DNA from: an uncultured Pelagibacteraceae bacterium
GTDB lineage: Bacteria; Pseudomonadota; Alphaproteobacteria; Pelagibacterales; Pelagibacteraceae
DNA length: 64,000 nt
Direction of reading: 5' to 3'
Assembly: GCA_902514755.1 (NCBI GenBank)
Contig: CABXRY010000002.1
Coordinates: forward strand, 8,608-72,607
Positions within the stretch are counted from its first letter, which is position 1. Every line of letters starts with the position of its first letter. Shown here piece by piece: positions 52,985 to 62,098 of the stretch. The notes under the pieces were generated by a model. The model was not told the origin of the DNA. It was given only the letters and a program-made list of their open reading frames with translations, and did not search any database. Made by a program: the position numbers and the translations under genes.

Positions 52985-54230
52985 TTATCAAAATTCAAAA
53001 AAAATTTTATCTAATGCAATTATTAGAATTCAAGATGAAAATATTAAAAGCATGAATTCTTTAAATAGAGTTTTATCTGAAAATATTTACTCGAAAATGA
53101 ATTATCCATCAGCAAATAATGCAGCTTTTGATGGTTACGCAATAAATTCTAAAGACATTAAGCAAATTAAAAAAAGATTCCCCCAGCATTTCAAAATTAT
53201 TGGTTCTCTTTCAGCTGGTGCCAAGCCATTTAAAAAAAAAATAGATAAATTTAATGCTGTTGAGATCATGACAGGAGGAATTATTCCAAAAGGCTTTGAT
53301 GCTATTATTCCAATTGAACAGATTAAGTTTTATCCAAACAAAAACAAAAAAAAATATATAATAATAGATAAAAAAGTTAAGAAAAATGATCATGTTAGAT
53401 TTGCAGGATCTGATTATAAAAAGAATGAATTAGTAATAAAAAAAAATACCATAATTCAACCAAATCACATACTTGCTTTTAAAACTTTGGGTATTAAGAA
53501 CATCAAAGTTAAAAAAAAGATAAATATATTATTTTTTTCAACAGGAAATGAAATTTCTAATAAAGATAATATCCCTGATTGGAAAGTGAGAAGTTCAAAT
53601 AGTCAATATATTAGAAATTTAGATAAAAACTTTTTATTTAATTTTATAGATGGTGGGATTTTAAAGGATCACCACCAAAAACTATATAAATCCAAAATCA
53701 ATAGAATGTTAAATTCTAATATTAATATTATTATTACTTCAGGAGCTGTTTCAGCGGGTAAATTTGATTATATACCAAGTGTAGTAAGGTCTTTTCAGTT
53801 ATCTAATTATTTTAAAAGTGTTGCTATACGTCCTGGCAAACCAATTTTGTTTGCAAAGATAAAAAATAAGCAAAAAGCAATTTTTGGATTACCAGGTAAT
53901 CCGATGTCATCAGCTGCTTGCTTTAGATTTTTTGTATATCCTTATTTTGAAAAAATTTTAGGACTCAGTGCAGAGAAGCCGATTAAGGCTATTTTAAAAA
54001 ATACATTTAATAAAAAGAAGAATTTTGTACGTTTTGCTAAAAGTAAATTAAACACAACTAAAAATGGAAGAATAGAAGTTGAAATCTTGAGAGGGCAGGA
54101 GTCTTTTAGAATTAAATCTTTTGTAAAATCAAATATTTGGGCATTATTACCAGCTGGTAAATCTAAATTTAAAAAAGGTGAGATTATAGATTGCTTTTTA
54201 CCCAATCATTCTAATCAATCTTTATTATAA
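52977..54230 (+). CDS. moeA: Molybdopterin molybdotransferase
   Basis: AAFDGYA, IMTGG, STGNEI, TSGAVSAG.FDY, IRPGKP, GLPGNP. Confidence 0.92.
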   Translation: MISYQNSKKILSNAIIRIQDENIKSMNSLNRVLSENIYSKMNYPSANNAAFDGYAINSKDIKQIKKRFPQHFKIIGSLSAGAKPFKKKIDKFNAVEIMTGGIIPKGFDAIIPIEQIKFYPNKNKKKYIIIDKKVKKNDHVRFAGSDYKKNELVIKKNTIIQPNHILAFKTLGIKNIKVKKKINILFFSTGNEISNKDNIPDWKVRSSNSQYIRNLDKNFLFNFIDGGILKDHHQKLYKSKINRMLNSNINIIITSGAVSAGKFDYIPSVVRSFQLSNYFKSVAIRPGKPILFAKIKNKQKAIFGLPGNPMSSAACFRFFVYPYFEKILGLSAEKPIKAILKNTFNKKKNFVRFAKSKLNTTKNGRIEVEILRGQESFRIKSFVKSNIWALLPAGKSKFKKGEIIDCFLPNHSNQSLL

Positions 54231-54281
54231 CAAATGTCATTTTTGTTGTAGTTAAATCTAATTACAATTAAATAACAGCTT

Positions 54282-55187
54282 ATGCTGATACTAAAAAAAA
54301 CAAAAATTGCTGTACCGGTAGTTTTGTTTGCGGGTCTAATTTGGTCTTTTGGAGTATTAGTAGTTAGATATATGGATGATCCTCAGTTAATTCCATGGCA
54401 ATATATTTTTGGAAGAGGTTTAACAATTTTTATTTTATTAAATCTATATTTATATTTTGAGGAAGGAAAAGATTTTTACAAAAATTATTTTAAGATGGGT
54501 ACTTCTGGTTTAGTTGGGGGATCGGGGTTAGCTGTGGCCATGATTTGTTTTATGTTTTCTATCACTAACACCAGTGCCGCAATTACTCTTTTATGTTTGG
54601 CAGCAATGCCTTTTTTTGCTGCATTATTAGCTTTTTTATTTTTAAAAGAAAAAATTTCTTTAAATGTATGGATTTCAATTATTATTGCAACAATTGGAAT
54701 AGTTATAATGGCAATTGGTAATAATTCAGATACTTCTTTAATTGGATTTATTTTTGGTATCACTTCATCTGTAGGTTTCTCTGTATTTTCAGTTTCATTA
54801 AGATGGCGTAAAGAAACACCAAAGTTTACTACAACAGCTTTCGCTGGTTTTTTATGTGTTATTTTTGCCTCGATAATGATTTTGAGTAATGATTTGGTTT
54901 TCTTTTCATCAAGTTATAATAGTTCCTTAATTTCTTTACATGGAACTTTAGTTTGTCTTGGATTAATTTTATATTCAATTGGATCAAAAGCAATTCCAGC
55001 TGCTGAATTAACTCTGCTTTCTCTAACAGAAGTCATTGGTGGAATATTCTGGGTGTGGTTACCTTTGTTTGGTATCAATGAAATTCCAGCAACTAATACT
55101 ATTATTGGTGGTTTTTTCTTATTTATATCTCTTACTTATTACAGTTTAGTTATGAGATGGAATAAAAGATATATCGGATTAAATTAA
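54282..55187 (+). CDS. DMT/EamA-family transporter
   Basis: About 10 transmembrane segments, FLKEKI; same family as 33971-34849. Confidence 0.85.
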   Translation: MLILKKTKIAVPVVLFAGLIWSFGVLVVRYMDDPQLIPWQYIFGRGLTIFILLNLYLYFEEGKDFYKNYFKMGTSGLVGGSGLAVAMICFMFSITNTSAAITLLCLAAMPFFAALLAFLFLKEKISLNVWISIIIATIGIVIMAIGNNSDTSLIGFIFGITSSVGFSVFSVSLRWRKETPKFTTTAFAGFLCVIFASIMILSNDLVFFSSSYNSSLISLHGTLVCLGLILYSIGSKAIPAAELTLLSLTEVIGGIFWVWLPLFGINEIPATNTIIGGFFLFISLTYYSLVMRWNKRYIGLN

Positions 55188-55191
55188 TCTT

Positions 55192-55277
55192 ATGGAACGA
55201 CCTGATTTTTTTACATTAAAAATGGTGAAAAAGTTAAACTTCCTTTTGGGCCTGAACATAATATTATAAAAAATTAA
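55192..55277 (+). pseudogene. Internally deleted remnant of a creatinase-like (M24) gene
   Basis: Reads MERPDFFTLK, then after a 1-nt shift NGEKVKLPF|GPEHNIIKN*. These match my recollection of creatinase N-termini (NG.KV..F) and C-termini (FP[FY]GPEHNII). Confidence 0.75.
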
Positions 55278-55281
55278 AATT

Positions 55282-56397
55282 ATGAGTGATAACAACACTA
55301 TTGTTAATAGTTGGAATGAATGGGATCCGTTAAGACATGTAATTGTTGGTAAAGCTGATGGAACATGTATTCCAGCACCTGAGCCGGCTTTGGATGCAAA
55401 AGTTCCAGAGAACAGTGATATGAGAGGTCAGTTTGGCCTTAGAACAAAAGACACTGTTGATAAAGCAAATCAACTTTTAGATAATTTTGCAAGCTTGCTT
55501 GAGAAAAAAGGAATTAAAGTAGATCGCCCAACCCCAATAGATTTTAATCAAAAAACATCTACTCCAGATTGGGAAGCAGAAACTATGTTTGGATGTATGC
55601 CTCCAAGAGATGTTTTGCTTACTGTTGGAAATGAAATTTTAGAAGCAACAATGAGTTATCGATGTAGATGGTTTGAATATCTATGTTACCGACCTTTGTT
55701 AAAAGATTATTATAATTCCGATCCTAATATGAGACATGAGTCAGCTCCAAAACCAAGATTGACAGATGCTGATTATCGAAAAGATTATTTATCTGACAAG
55801 ATCGGTATTCAAAAAAGATTACAATGGACTGAAGATAAGTTTTTTGTAACAACTGAAGAAGAACCATTATTTGATGCTGCAGATGTTTTAAGATTTGGTA
55901 AAGACTTGGTCGTTCAACATGGATTTACAACTAATTTAAAAGGTATTGATTGGTTAAAAAGACATTACAAAGATCATAGAGTTCATGCAGTTAACTTTCC
56001 AGGTGACCCTTATCCAATACATATTGATGCAACTTTTACTCCAATCAAAGAGGGATTAATTATTAATAATCCTCAAAGAAGACTACCAAAAGATCAGAGA
56101 AAATTATTTGAGGATAATGGTTGGGAAATTATTAATAGTGCTCAACCTGCACATAATGAACCCCCTCCTTTATGTTATTCATCTACATGGTTGTCAATGA
56201 ATGTATTAGTTCTTGATCCAAAAACAGTTTGTGTTGAAAAAAGTGAAGTTTATCAAGCAGAACAACTAGACAAATTAGGTATGGAAGTAATACCAGTTGA
56301 GCTTCGAGATGCTTATGCATTTGGAGGTGGACTTCATTGTTGTACTGCAGATGTTTATCGAGAAGGTGATCTTAAAGATTATTTTCCAAAGCAATAG
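55282..56397 (+). CDS. Arginine amidinotransferase (AGAT/StrB1 family)
   Basis: SWNEWDPLRHVIVG, CMPPRD, FDAAD (Asp), HID (His), GGGLHCCT (Cys). Confidence 0.9.
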   Translation: MSDNNTIVNSWNEWDPLRHVIVGKADGTCIPAPEPALDAKVPENSDMRGQFGLRTKDTVDKANQLLDNFASLLEKKGIKVDRPTPIDFNQKTSTPDWEAETMFGCMPPRDVLLTVGNEILEATMSYRCRWFEYLCYRPLLKDYYNSDPNMRHESAPKPRLTDADYRKDYLSDKIGIQKRLQWTEDKFFVTTEEEPLFDAADVLRFGKDLVVQHGFTTNLKGIDWLKRHYKDHRVHAVNFPGDPYPIHIDATFTPIKEGLIINNPQRRLPKDQRKLFEDNGWEIINSAQPAHNEPPPLCYSSTWLSMNVLVLDPKTVCVEKSEVYQAEQLDKLGMEVIPVELRDAYAFGGGLHCCTADVYREGDLKDYFPKQ

Positions 56398-56399
56398 AT

Positions 56400-57452
56400 A
56401 TGGCAAAAATTAAAATAAAAAGAGAAAGAGTTAAATTTGCATCAGATAATGTTGCAGGTGCTTGTCCAGAAGTATTAGATGCAATTATTAAAGCTAATGA
56501 AGGAGACAGCACTCCTTATGGAAATGATCAAATTTCAACTGAACTTCAAGATAAATTTTCTGAAATTTTTGAAAGAGAGGTTATAGTTTTTCCAACAGCT
56601 TCAGGAACGGCTGCTAATGCTTTAGCTTTATCAACAATGACACCATCATTTGGTAATATTTATTGTCATAAGATGTCCCATATAAACACTGATGAATGTG
56701 GTGCTCCAGAATTCTACACTGGTGGCGGAAAACTTGTTACTCTTCAGGGTGTTAAAGGAAAAATAACTGCTGAAGAACTAGATGAAGCGATTACTGGAAA
56801 AGGAATTGTACACCATACTCAACCCTCATCTGTTAGCATTACACAAGTTTGTGAAACAGGAGAAGTTTATCAATTAGATGAAATTAAAAAAATATCAGAT
56901 GTTGCTCATAATCATAATTTAAACATGCATATGGATGGTGCTAGATTTGCCAATGCATTAGTGTCACTTGATGTAACACCAGCTGAGATGACTTGGAAGT
57001 CAGGTATTGATGTATTATCATTTGGAGCAACCAAAAATGGTTGCTTAGCTGCAGAAGCTATAATTTTTTTTAAAAAAGATTTAGTAGGTAATGTTGCTTT
57101 TTTAATGAAAAGAGCAGGGCATTTATTATCTAAAATGCGTTTTGTCTCTGCTCAGTTAGATGCTTATATCTCAAATGATGTGTGGCTTAAAAATGCAAGA
57201 CATGCAAATAAAATGGGAAAAAAATTAAGTGAAGGATTAAATAATCATTCCGATATAAATCTATCTTATCCAACTGAAGCCAATGAGATTTTTGCTACAT
57301 TTCCTAGAAATAAAATTGATCATTTAAATTCTGAAGGTTATACAATTAATGAAGATGAATGGGATGGTAAAGCTGTAAGATTAGTTACTGCTTGGAATAC
57401 TAAAGATAATGATGTTGATGAATTTTTAAGTATACTTAATAAGACTAACTAG
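56400..57452 (+). CDS. ltaE: Low-specificity L-threonine aldolase
   Basis: FASDN, SGTAAN, HINTDECGAPEF, HMDGARFANA, SFGATKNG PLP lysine, SKMRF. Confidence 0.88.
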   Translation: MAKIKIKRERVKFASDNVAGACPEVLDAIIKANEGDSTPYGNDQISTELQDKFSEIFEREVIVFPTASGTAANALALSTMTPSFGNIYCHKMSHINTDECGAPEFYTGGGKLVTLQGVKGKITAEELDEAITGKGIVHHTQPSSVSITQVCETGEVYQLDEIKKISDVAHNHNLNMHMDGARFANALVSLDVTPAEMTWKSGIDVLSFGATKNGCLAAEAIIFFKKDLVGNVAFLMKRAGHLLSKMRFVSAQLDAYISNDVWLKNARHANKMGKKLSEGLNNHSDINLSYPTEANEIFATFPRNKIDHLNSEGYTINEDEWDGKAVRLVTAWNTKDNDVDEFLSILNKTN

Positions 57453-57672
57453 GGTTCTTTTTTAGATATTCAATATAATCTACCACATCATTAAATTTTT
57501 CATCAGGAATATCTTTGTAACTTGCATTAAAGTTATCTTTCACGCATATAGCAACATGAGCATAGGGGTTTCTTCCTTTGGGGTGATTTGGATGTTCTGG
57601 TAGTTGTCCCCCCAAATAATTGCCAGCTTCCTGAATAATTTTCCAGAGTTTACTTGCGTTATCTTTATTCAT
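57445..57672 (-). CDS. Small hypothetical protein; apparent integration target of the adjacent element
   Basis: 75-aa ORF (HPNHPKGRNPYAH); its first 20 codons recur at 63528-63588. Confidence 0.8.
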   Translation of the reverse strand: MNKDNASKLWKIIQEAGNYLGGQLPEHPNHPKGRNPYAHVAICVKDNFNASYKDIPDEKFNDVVDYIEYLKKNPS

Positions 57673-57685
57673 ACAACCTAAATTC

Positions 57686-57722
57686 TTGTTTTATCTAAAT
57701 CTGGCATAGTCTGTGGCATAGT
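57686..57722. repeat. 37-bp arm repeat, left copy (contains tandem TGGCATAGT with 12-bp period)
   Basis: ttgttttatctaaatctggcatagtctgtggcatagt; 33/37 identical to 63375-63411. Confidence 0.9.
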
Positions 57723-57839
57723 ATTTTTTAAAATCCTATTAATAATCACCAGACCATGTAAAGACATCTGTATCAAGTTTTATATTATTGAATTCAAGGT
57801 CTTGGCCTAAATGGTTACTTGATCTAGAATAGATTAAAA

Positions 57840-58562
57840 ATGACACTTAAAGTTAAAGGCACTAATGAGGGGTTTAAAACAGAGTCTTTAATTGAGGAAT
57901 ATCTTAATAATAAAAAGATTGTTGATCTTAAAACATCTAATCTAAAAAAATTTATTTATTTCATATGCATAGAAAATCATATTGAAATTAATAAAGAAAC
58001 TACAATTAAAGTTAAAAATTTTGATAAAAAAAATTTAAAAATAATAGGATTACCTAAAACTGATAAAGTATTTAAAATATCAAATAAAGAATTTAGAATT
58101 AGTATCAAAACAGGCAAAGGTGGTGCTTTTCATCAAGAGCCTGAAGAGACATTTATTAAGTTTTTAAAGGCCAAGACAAATATAGATGAAAATAAAATCT
58201 CATTTCTTAGTAAGTTTCTTAGAAGTGATGAAATTAAAATAAAAAATAGTAATCTTGCAAAATTCTTTGATAAGAATAGATCAATTCTGATTAATAGAGT
58301 TTTTTCTGGTAGATTTAACGAACCTGATGTTCATTATTATTTTTTTTGTCCTTTAATTAATAAATATGACACAAAGGAAATAAGAATAAAGAAAATTGAA
58401 AAAGGAAAATATATAAATAAAATTTCATTAATTGAGTTTATAAATAACAATAAATCTAACGGTGAATGTCCAGTCGGTCGCTTAACTTTTCAAGCTTATG
58501 GAAGATTAAGGGGCACAAGCGTTCAATTTAAGTGGGGTACGTGTTATAATGACATCAAATAG
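57840..58562 (+). CDS. Putative PD-(D/E)xK restriction endonuclease, MspI/HinP1I-like (1)
   Basis: GFKTE, PKTD, ISIK, KNRSILINRVFSGR, GRLTFQ...VQFKW parallel recalled HinP1I motifs; convergent with the C5 methyltransferases. Confidence 0.65.
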   Translation: MTLKVKGTNEGFKTESLIEEYLNNKKIVDLKTSNLKKFIYFICIENHIEINKETTIKVKNFDKKNLKIIGLPKTDKVFKISNKEFRISIKTGKGGAFHQEPEETFIKFLKAKTNIDENKISFLSKFLRSDEIKIKNSNLAKFFDKNRSILINRVFSGRFNEPDVHYYFFCPLINKYDTKEIRIKKIEKGKYINKISLIEFINNNKSNGECPVGRLTFQAYGRLRGTSVQFKWGTCYNDIK

Positions 58563-59331
58563 AGCCTTAGATGGTTTTAAAAATGAAGATGAATTTGTAA
58601 TAAAACTTAATTCAAATAAAGAACATCCATTTTGGAAAACAATTAATTTAACGGATAATAAAAAAATATATTTTGTAAGAGTAGTAGGAAGCAAACTTTC
58701 AAAACTTACTAATAAAAAAATACCATGTAAAGCAGATGTTTTTGTAAGTGAAATTGATTTAGATATAAATGAATTAAAGAGTAATAAATATCTTATTAAA
58801 GAAAATCAAAAATTAAAATTTATCAATAAATTACCTCAAACTGGTATCTCTATAAAAATGAATAAAACTAATTATCAAATTGATAAGTGTTCTATGGATA
58901 AATTTGTGAAACGTTTTGATGATAAATATTTATTTGTTGGTGCTACAACCTACAACAAAAACATAAATGAATTAAAATATAATCATACTGTTTTAGAGCG
59001 CACAGAAACAACATGGAAAGAGTTTGGAAATTATTTTAAAAGTGAGATTTTAAAAAAAGTAAACATAGATACCGATTTTAATGAAGAACACGCAAATATT
59101 TTGCAAAAAATTAAAACAGAATCAAATAAAAAAATAAAATCCATGGCATTAGATAGTCCAAAAATATTAGACTCTTTATATAAAGGCTCAGATGAATTTA
59201 ATGATCCTTATTGTGCAACGTGGTTATTAATAGATAACAAACTAACTAAAGAAATACCAAAAGATTTAAAAGTAACAAAAGGAAGTAGTAATAAAGGACG
59301 GAATCCTCAGGTTGAGTTTAAACCTGCTTAA
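58549..59331 (+). CDS. Putative PD-(D/E)xK restriction endonuclease, MspI/HinP1I-like (2)
   Basis: ALDGFKNE, KADV, ISIK, YQIDK, QVEFK (HinP1I as recalled: AKDGFKNE, KSD, QVK, NQIDK, LQFK). Confidence 0.65.
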   Translation: MTSNRALDGFKNEDEFVIKLNSNKEHPFWKTINLTDNKKIYFVRVVGSKLSKLTNKKIPCKADVFVSEIDLDINELKSNKYLIKENQKLKFINKLPQTGISIKMNKTNYQIDKCSMDKFVKRFDDKYLFVGATTYNKNINELKYNHTVLERTETTWKEFGNYFKSEILKKVNIDTDFNEEHANILQKIKTESNKKIKSMALDSPKILDSLYKGSDEFNDPYCATWLLIDNKLTKEIPKDLKVTKGSSNKGRNPQVEFKPA

Positions 59332-60298
59332 TTTTTTTTTTTATTTGTTGAACTAAGGAGTTAATTACGGGCACACTAACAGAATTCCCAATTTGTTTTA
59401 AAGCTTCAGTATAATTATTTGTAAGTTTAAAACTTTTAGGAAATCCTTGGATTAAAAGACATTCTTCTAAAGTATAAAATCTATTTTGATTCACTAGATA
59501 AGGAACATTATTTCCACCTGTTCCCATTTTAGTAGTCAAACAAGGACTTATGTTGTCAAATCTAAAATGACATCTAGATTTTCTAACTTCATTAGCAACT
59601 AGATAATTAAGATTTTTTATTTTATTGTAACTTTGGTGTTTTCTTAAGTGTTTATTTATATAACCTTTGGATAATTTTGAAATTCTTCTAATTTTTTTTG
59701 GTTTAATTTTAATGATATCGTTCAACGTTTTTTTAAGCTTCTGATTTGTAGGAAATTTGAAATTAATGCTTTGATCTCTAAAACCAATTATAAATACTCT
59801 TTCCCTATTTTGAGGTACATTAAAATTAGTTGAGTTTAAAATTTTCCAAAAGACATTATATCCTAAATTTTCTCTTCTTGATTTAATTATTTTACCATTT
59901 AATTTTTTTGATAAAATTTCTAAAATTTTTTTAAAAGTTTCCCCTTTATCGTGATTAACCAAACCTTTTACATTTTCTAAAATAAAAATTTTCGGTTTTT
60001 TTTCCTTTAAAATTCTAACAATATCAAAGAATAAAGTTCCTCTTGTATCATCAAAACCTCTTCTCTTTCCCGCAATACTAAACGGTTGGCATGGAAATCC
60101 AGCACAAAGAATATCATGATTTGGTATTTTTTTTGGAGATAGTTTTTTTATATCTACAAGTGGATATTCTTTAAAATTTTTATAATAAGTCTCACATGCA
60201 TATTGGTTATTATCCGCACTAAATACACATTTATAGTTAAATTTTTCAAATGCTAATCTAAACCCACCTATACCAGAGAATAAATCTATAAATTTCAA
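59318..60298 (-). CDS. DNA (cytosine-5) methyltransferase, classical RM type
   Basis: DLFSGIGG, GFPCQPFS, ENVKGL, PQNRERVF, KQIGNSVSV; TTG start overlapping the upstream stop. Confidence 0.95.
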   Translation of the reverse strand: MKFIDLFSGIGGFRLAFEKFNYKCVFSADNNQYACETYYKNFKEYPLVDIKKLSPKKIPNHDILCAGFPCQPFSIAGKRRGFDDTRGTLFFDIVRILKEKKPKIFILENVKGLVNHDKGETFKKILEILSKKLNGKIIKSRRENLGYNVFWKILNSTNFNVPQNRERVFIIGFRDQSINFKFPTNQKLKKTLNDIIKIKPKKIRRISKLSKGYINKHLRKHQSYNKIKNLNYLVANEVRKSRCHFRFDNISPCLTTKMGTGGNNVPYLVNQNRFYTLEECLLIQGFPKSFKLTNNYTEALKQIGNSVSVPVINSLVQQIKKKIKQV

Positions 60299-61227
60299 TT
60301 GAATAATTCTAACTGTTTTTTAATGTTTGTTTTTTTTCCAATAAAACTAATTATATATTTAATTACTTGAACGGTAAAACCATTCCCTATCATTTTATAT
60401 CTTGTTGTATTGCTAAAATCAGCTGTATAATTATCTGGCAAACCTTGAAGCCTTTCACATTCTAAAGGTGTTAATTTTCTTATTTTGTTATTTATGTATA
60501 TTTTGGGTGTATCAGATCTAGCTAATAATGTAGGAGACTTTCCTCTAATATCATATACTCTTCTCTGTCTTTCGTTATCTTTTAGTAATTCTCTGGGAAT
60601 TAAGTAAATCTTATTTATTCCATGTTTTAATTTATTAGAATTTTTTAATTTTTTTATTTTATTTGGATTTAAATCAAAAAAAAATTTCTCATCAGGTTTT
60701 TTTTCTAAATAGTCTTTAATATTTCTATTGTACTTATCTAAATTTACATTTTCAAAATCTATATTTGACCAATATACTCTTGGCCTATATTGACCTGAAA
60801 AATACATTGAATTTAATTCAATTCCCTTAACACCAATTTCTCTATCCATTAAATTAGACCATTTATTCTTAACATTTTCTAGAAGAAAATATTTTGGCTT
60901 TAATTTTTTCTTTATCTTAACAAACTGAAAAAATAAGGAAGATCTAACTCCTTTAATACCATCACCTCTGTAAGCATTACTTAAATCCTGACAAGGGCTT
61001 CCACCAATAAGTAAATCAATTCTAGGAAGTTTATTTAAATTTATATTTTCAACAGAACCCAAATTTATGTCTTTTGGGTATTTCTTACTAAGTAATCTTA
61101 AGCAATTTTTATCTATTTCAGAGTAAAAATATCTATTAATTTCGATATTTTTACTTTTTTTTAATGCTAATTTTGCACAACCTATACCATCAAATAAGCT
61201 TAAAACATTTAATTTTATTTTTTTCAT
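60295..61227 (-). CDS. DNA (cytosine-5) methyltransferase of a second, distinct subtype
   Basis: SLFDGIG, SEID, GGSPCQDLS, LENV, QYRPRVYWSNI, RKLTPLECERLQG, KMIGNG. Confidence 0.93.
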   Translation of the reverse strand: MKKIKLNVLSLFDGIGCAKLALKKSKNIEINRYFYSEIDKNCLRLLSKKYPKDINLGSVENINLNKLPRIDLLIGGSPCQDLSNAYRGDGIKGVRSSLFFQFVKIKKKLKPKYFLLENVKNKWSNLMDREIGVKGIELNSMYFSGQYRPRVYWSNIDFENVNLDKYNRNIKDYLEKKPDEKFFFDLNPNKIKKLKNSNKLKHGINKIYLIPRELLKDNERQRRVYDIRGKSPTLLARSDTPKIYINNKIRKLTPLECERLQGLPDNYTADFSNTTRYKMIGNGFTVQVIKYIISFIGKKTNIKKQLELFN

Positions 61228-61257
61228 TTTGAGTCTATATAATATATATCAGAAACA

Positions 61258-61716
61258 ATGCGAGATTTCATTGAGTCAAACTATCTTATTTTTATTTCTT
61301 CAGATGGAAGAAGAGAGGGTTATGAAATTTTTAAAGAAAGAATTAATAATAATTTATGGCCAATATACAAAAAAACTCCACAATTAATTAATATTGAAAA
61401 AGATAAAAAAATTCTTTTTTATATAGCTGGCACAAATACATTATGTCAAAATTTTGTGGCAAGCACTTCTATAAAAGAAATAATTGATTTAAAATCTACT
61501 TCATCTGATCCAAATCAAGAATTTAGGCAAGTTTTATTTAATGTTAGATTTAATGAAATTAATTATTTTCAAAAACCAGTAAATATTAAAAATCATATAA
61601 ACAACCTGAGTTTCATTGAAGAAGAAAAAAGAAAGTATTATGGCCTTTATTTGCAAGGTGGTGTTTGTAAAATTAATGAACAAACATATGAATATATAAT
61701 AAACAAATCCTCATAA
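61258..61716 (+). CDS. Stand-alone EVE (PUA-like) domain protein
   Basis: WPIYKKTPQLINIEKDKKILFYIAG...FVAS...KPVNIK...LSFI...YGLYLQGGVCKINEQTYEYI matches the EVE/UPF0310 pattern as I recall it. Confidence 0.7.
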   Translation: MRDFIESNYLIFISSDGRREGYEIFKERINNNLWPIYKKTPQLINIEKDKKILFYIAGTNTLCQNFVASTSIKEIIDLKSTSSDPNQEFRQVLFNVRFNEINYFQKPVNIKNHINNLSFIEEEKRKYYGLYLQGGVCKINEQTYEYIINKSS

Positions 61717-61807
61717 GTTAAAAATTATTTGTTGAGATATTAATATCAACATAATTAAAACAATTTTGTAGCAAATTTTAAACAAACACATTTGATTTAT
61801 TAGAAAA

Positions 61808-62098
61808 ATGAAAAACCCAGAGATTGTTGAGATTTCAAACAAAATGTCTCCAGACATAAAATTTTCATCAGATTCAGTAAGATTGTTAGCTCCAAAATTA
61901 CTAAATTACGCGGAAAATAAGAGAGATTTTCTTTTATTATTTGAATTATCTAAGTTTCAAGCAACAAGAAATCAGATTGTATCAATTATTAAAAAAGACA
62001 CTAATATTCATAAAAAATTAAAAGAACTAATCAAAAGAAAAACAAATAAATCAATTATCAAAAAAATTAAAGATTTAGAAGAAAGAATAAATGGTTAA
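61808..62098 (+). CDS. Hypothetical protein
   Basis: 96-aa basic ORF that overlaps the next gene. Confidence 0.55.
   Translation: MKNPEIVEISNKMSPDIKFSSDSVRLLAPKLLNYAENKRDFLLLFELSKFQATRNQIVSIIKKDTNIHKKLKELIKRKTNKSIIKKIKDLEERING

Noticed and set aside
57686-57722. ttatctaaat as a XerD/dif half-site
   Set aside because: Only a partial resemblance to TTATGTTAAAT, with no XerC arm at 6-bp spacing.
61729-61757. Imperfect palindrome after the EVE gene as an integron attC site
   Set aside because: The GTT...AAC order is the reverse of attC, it is a single copy and there is no integron integrase; more likely an operator or terminator.
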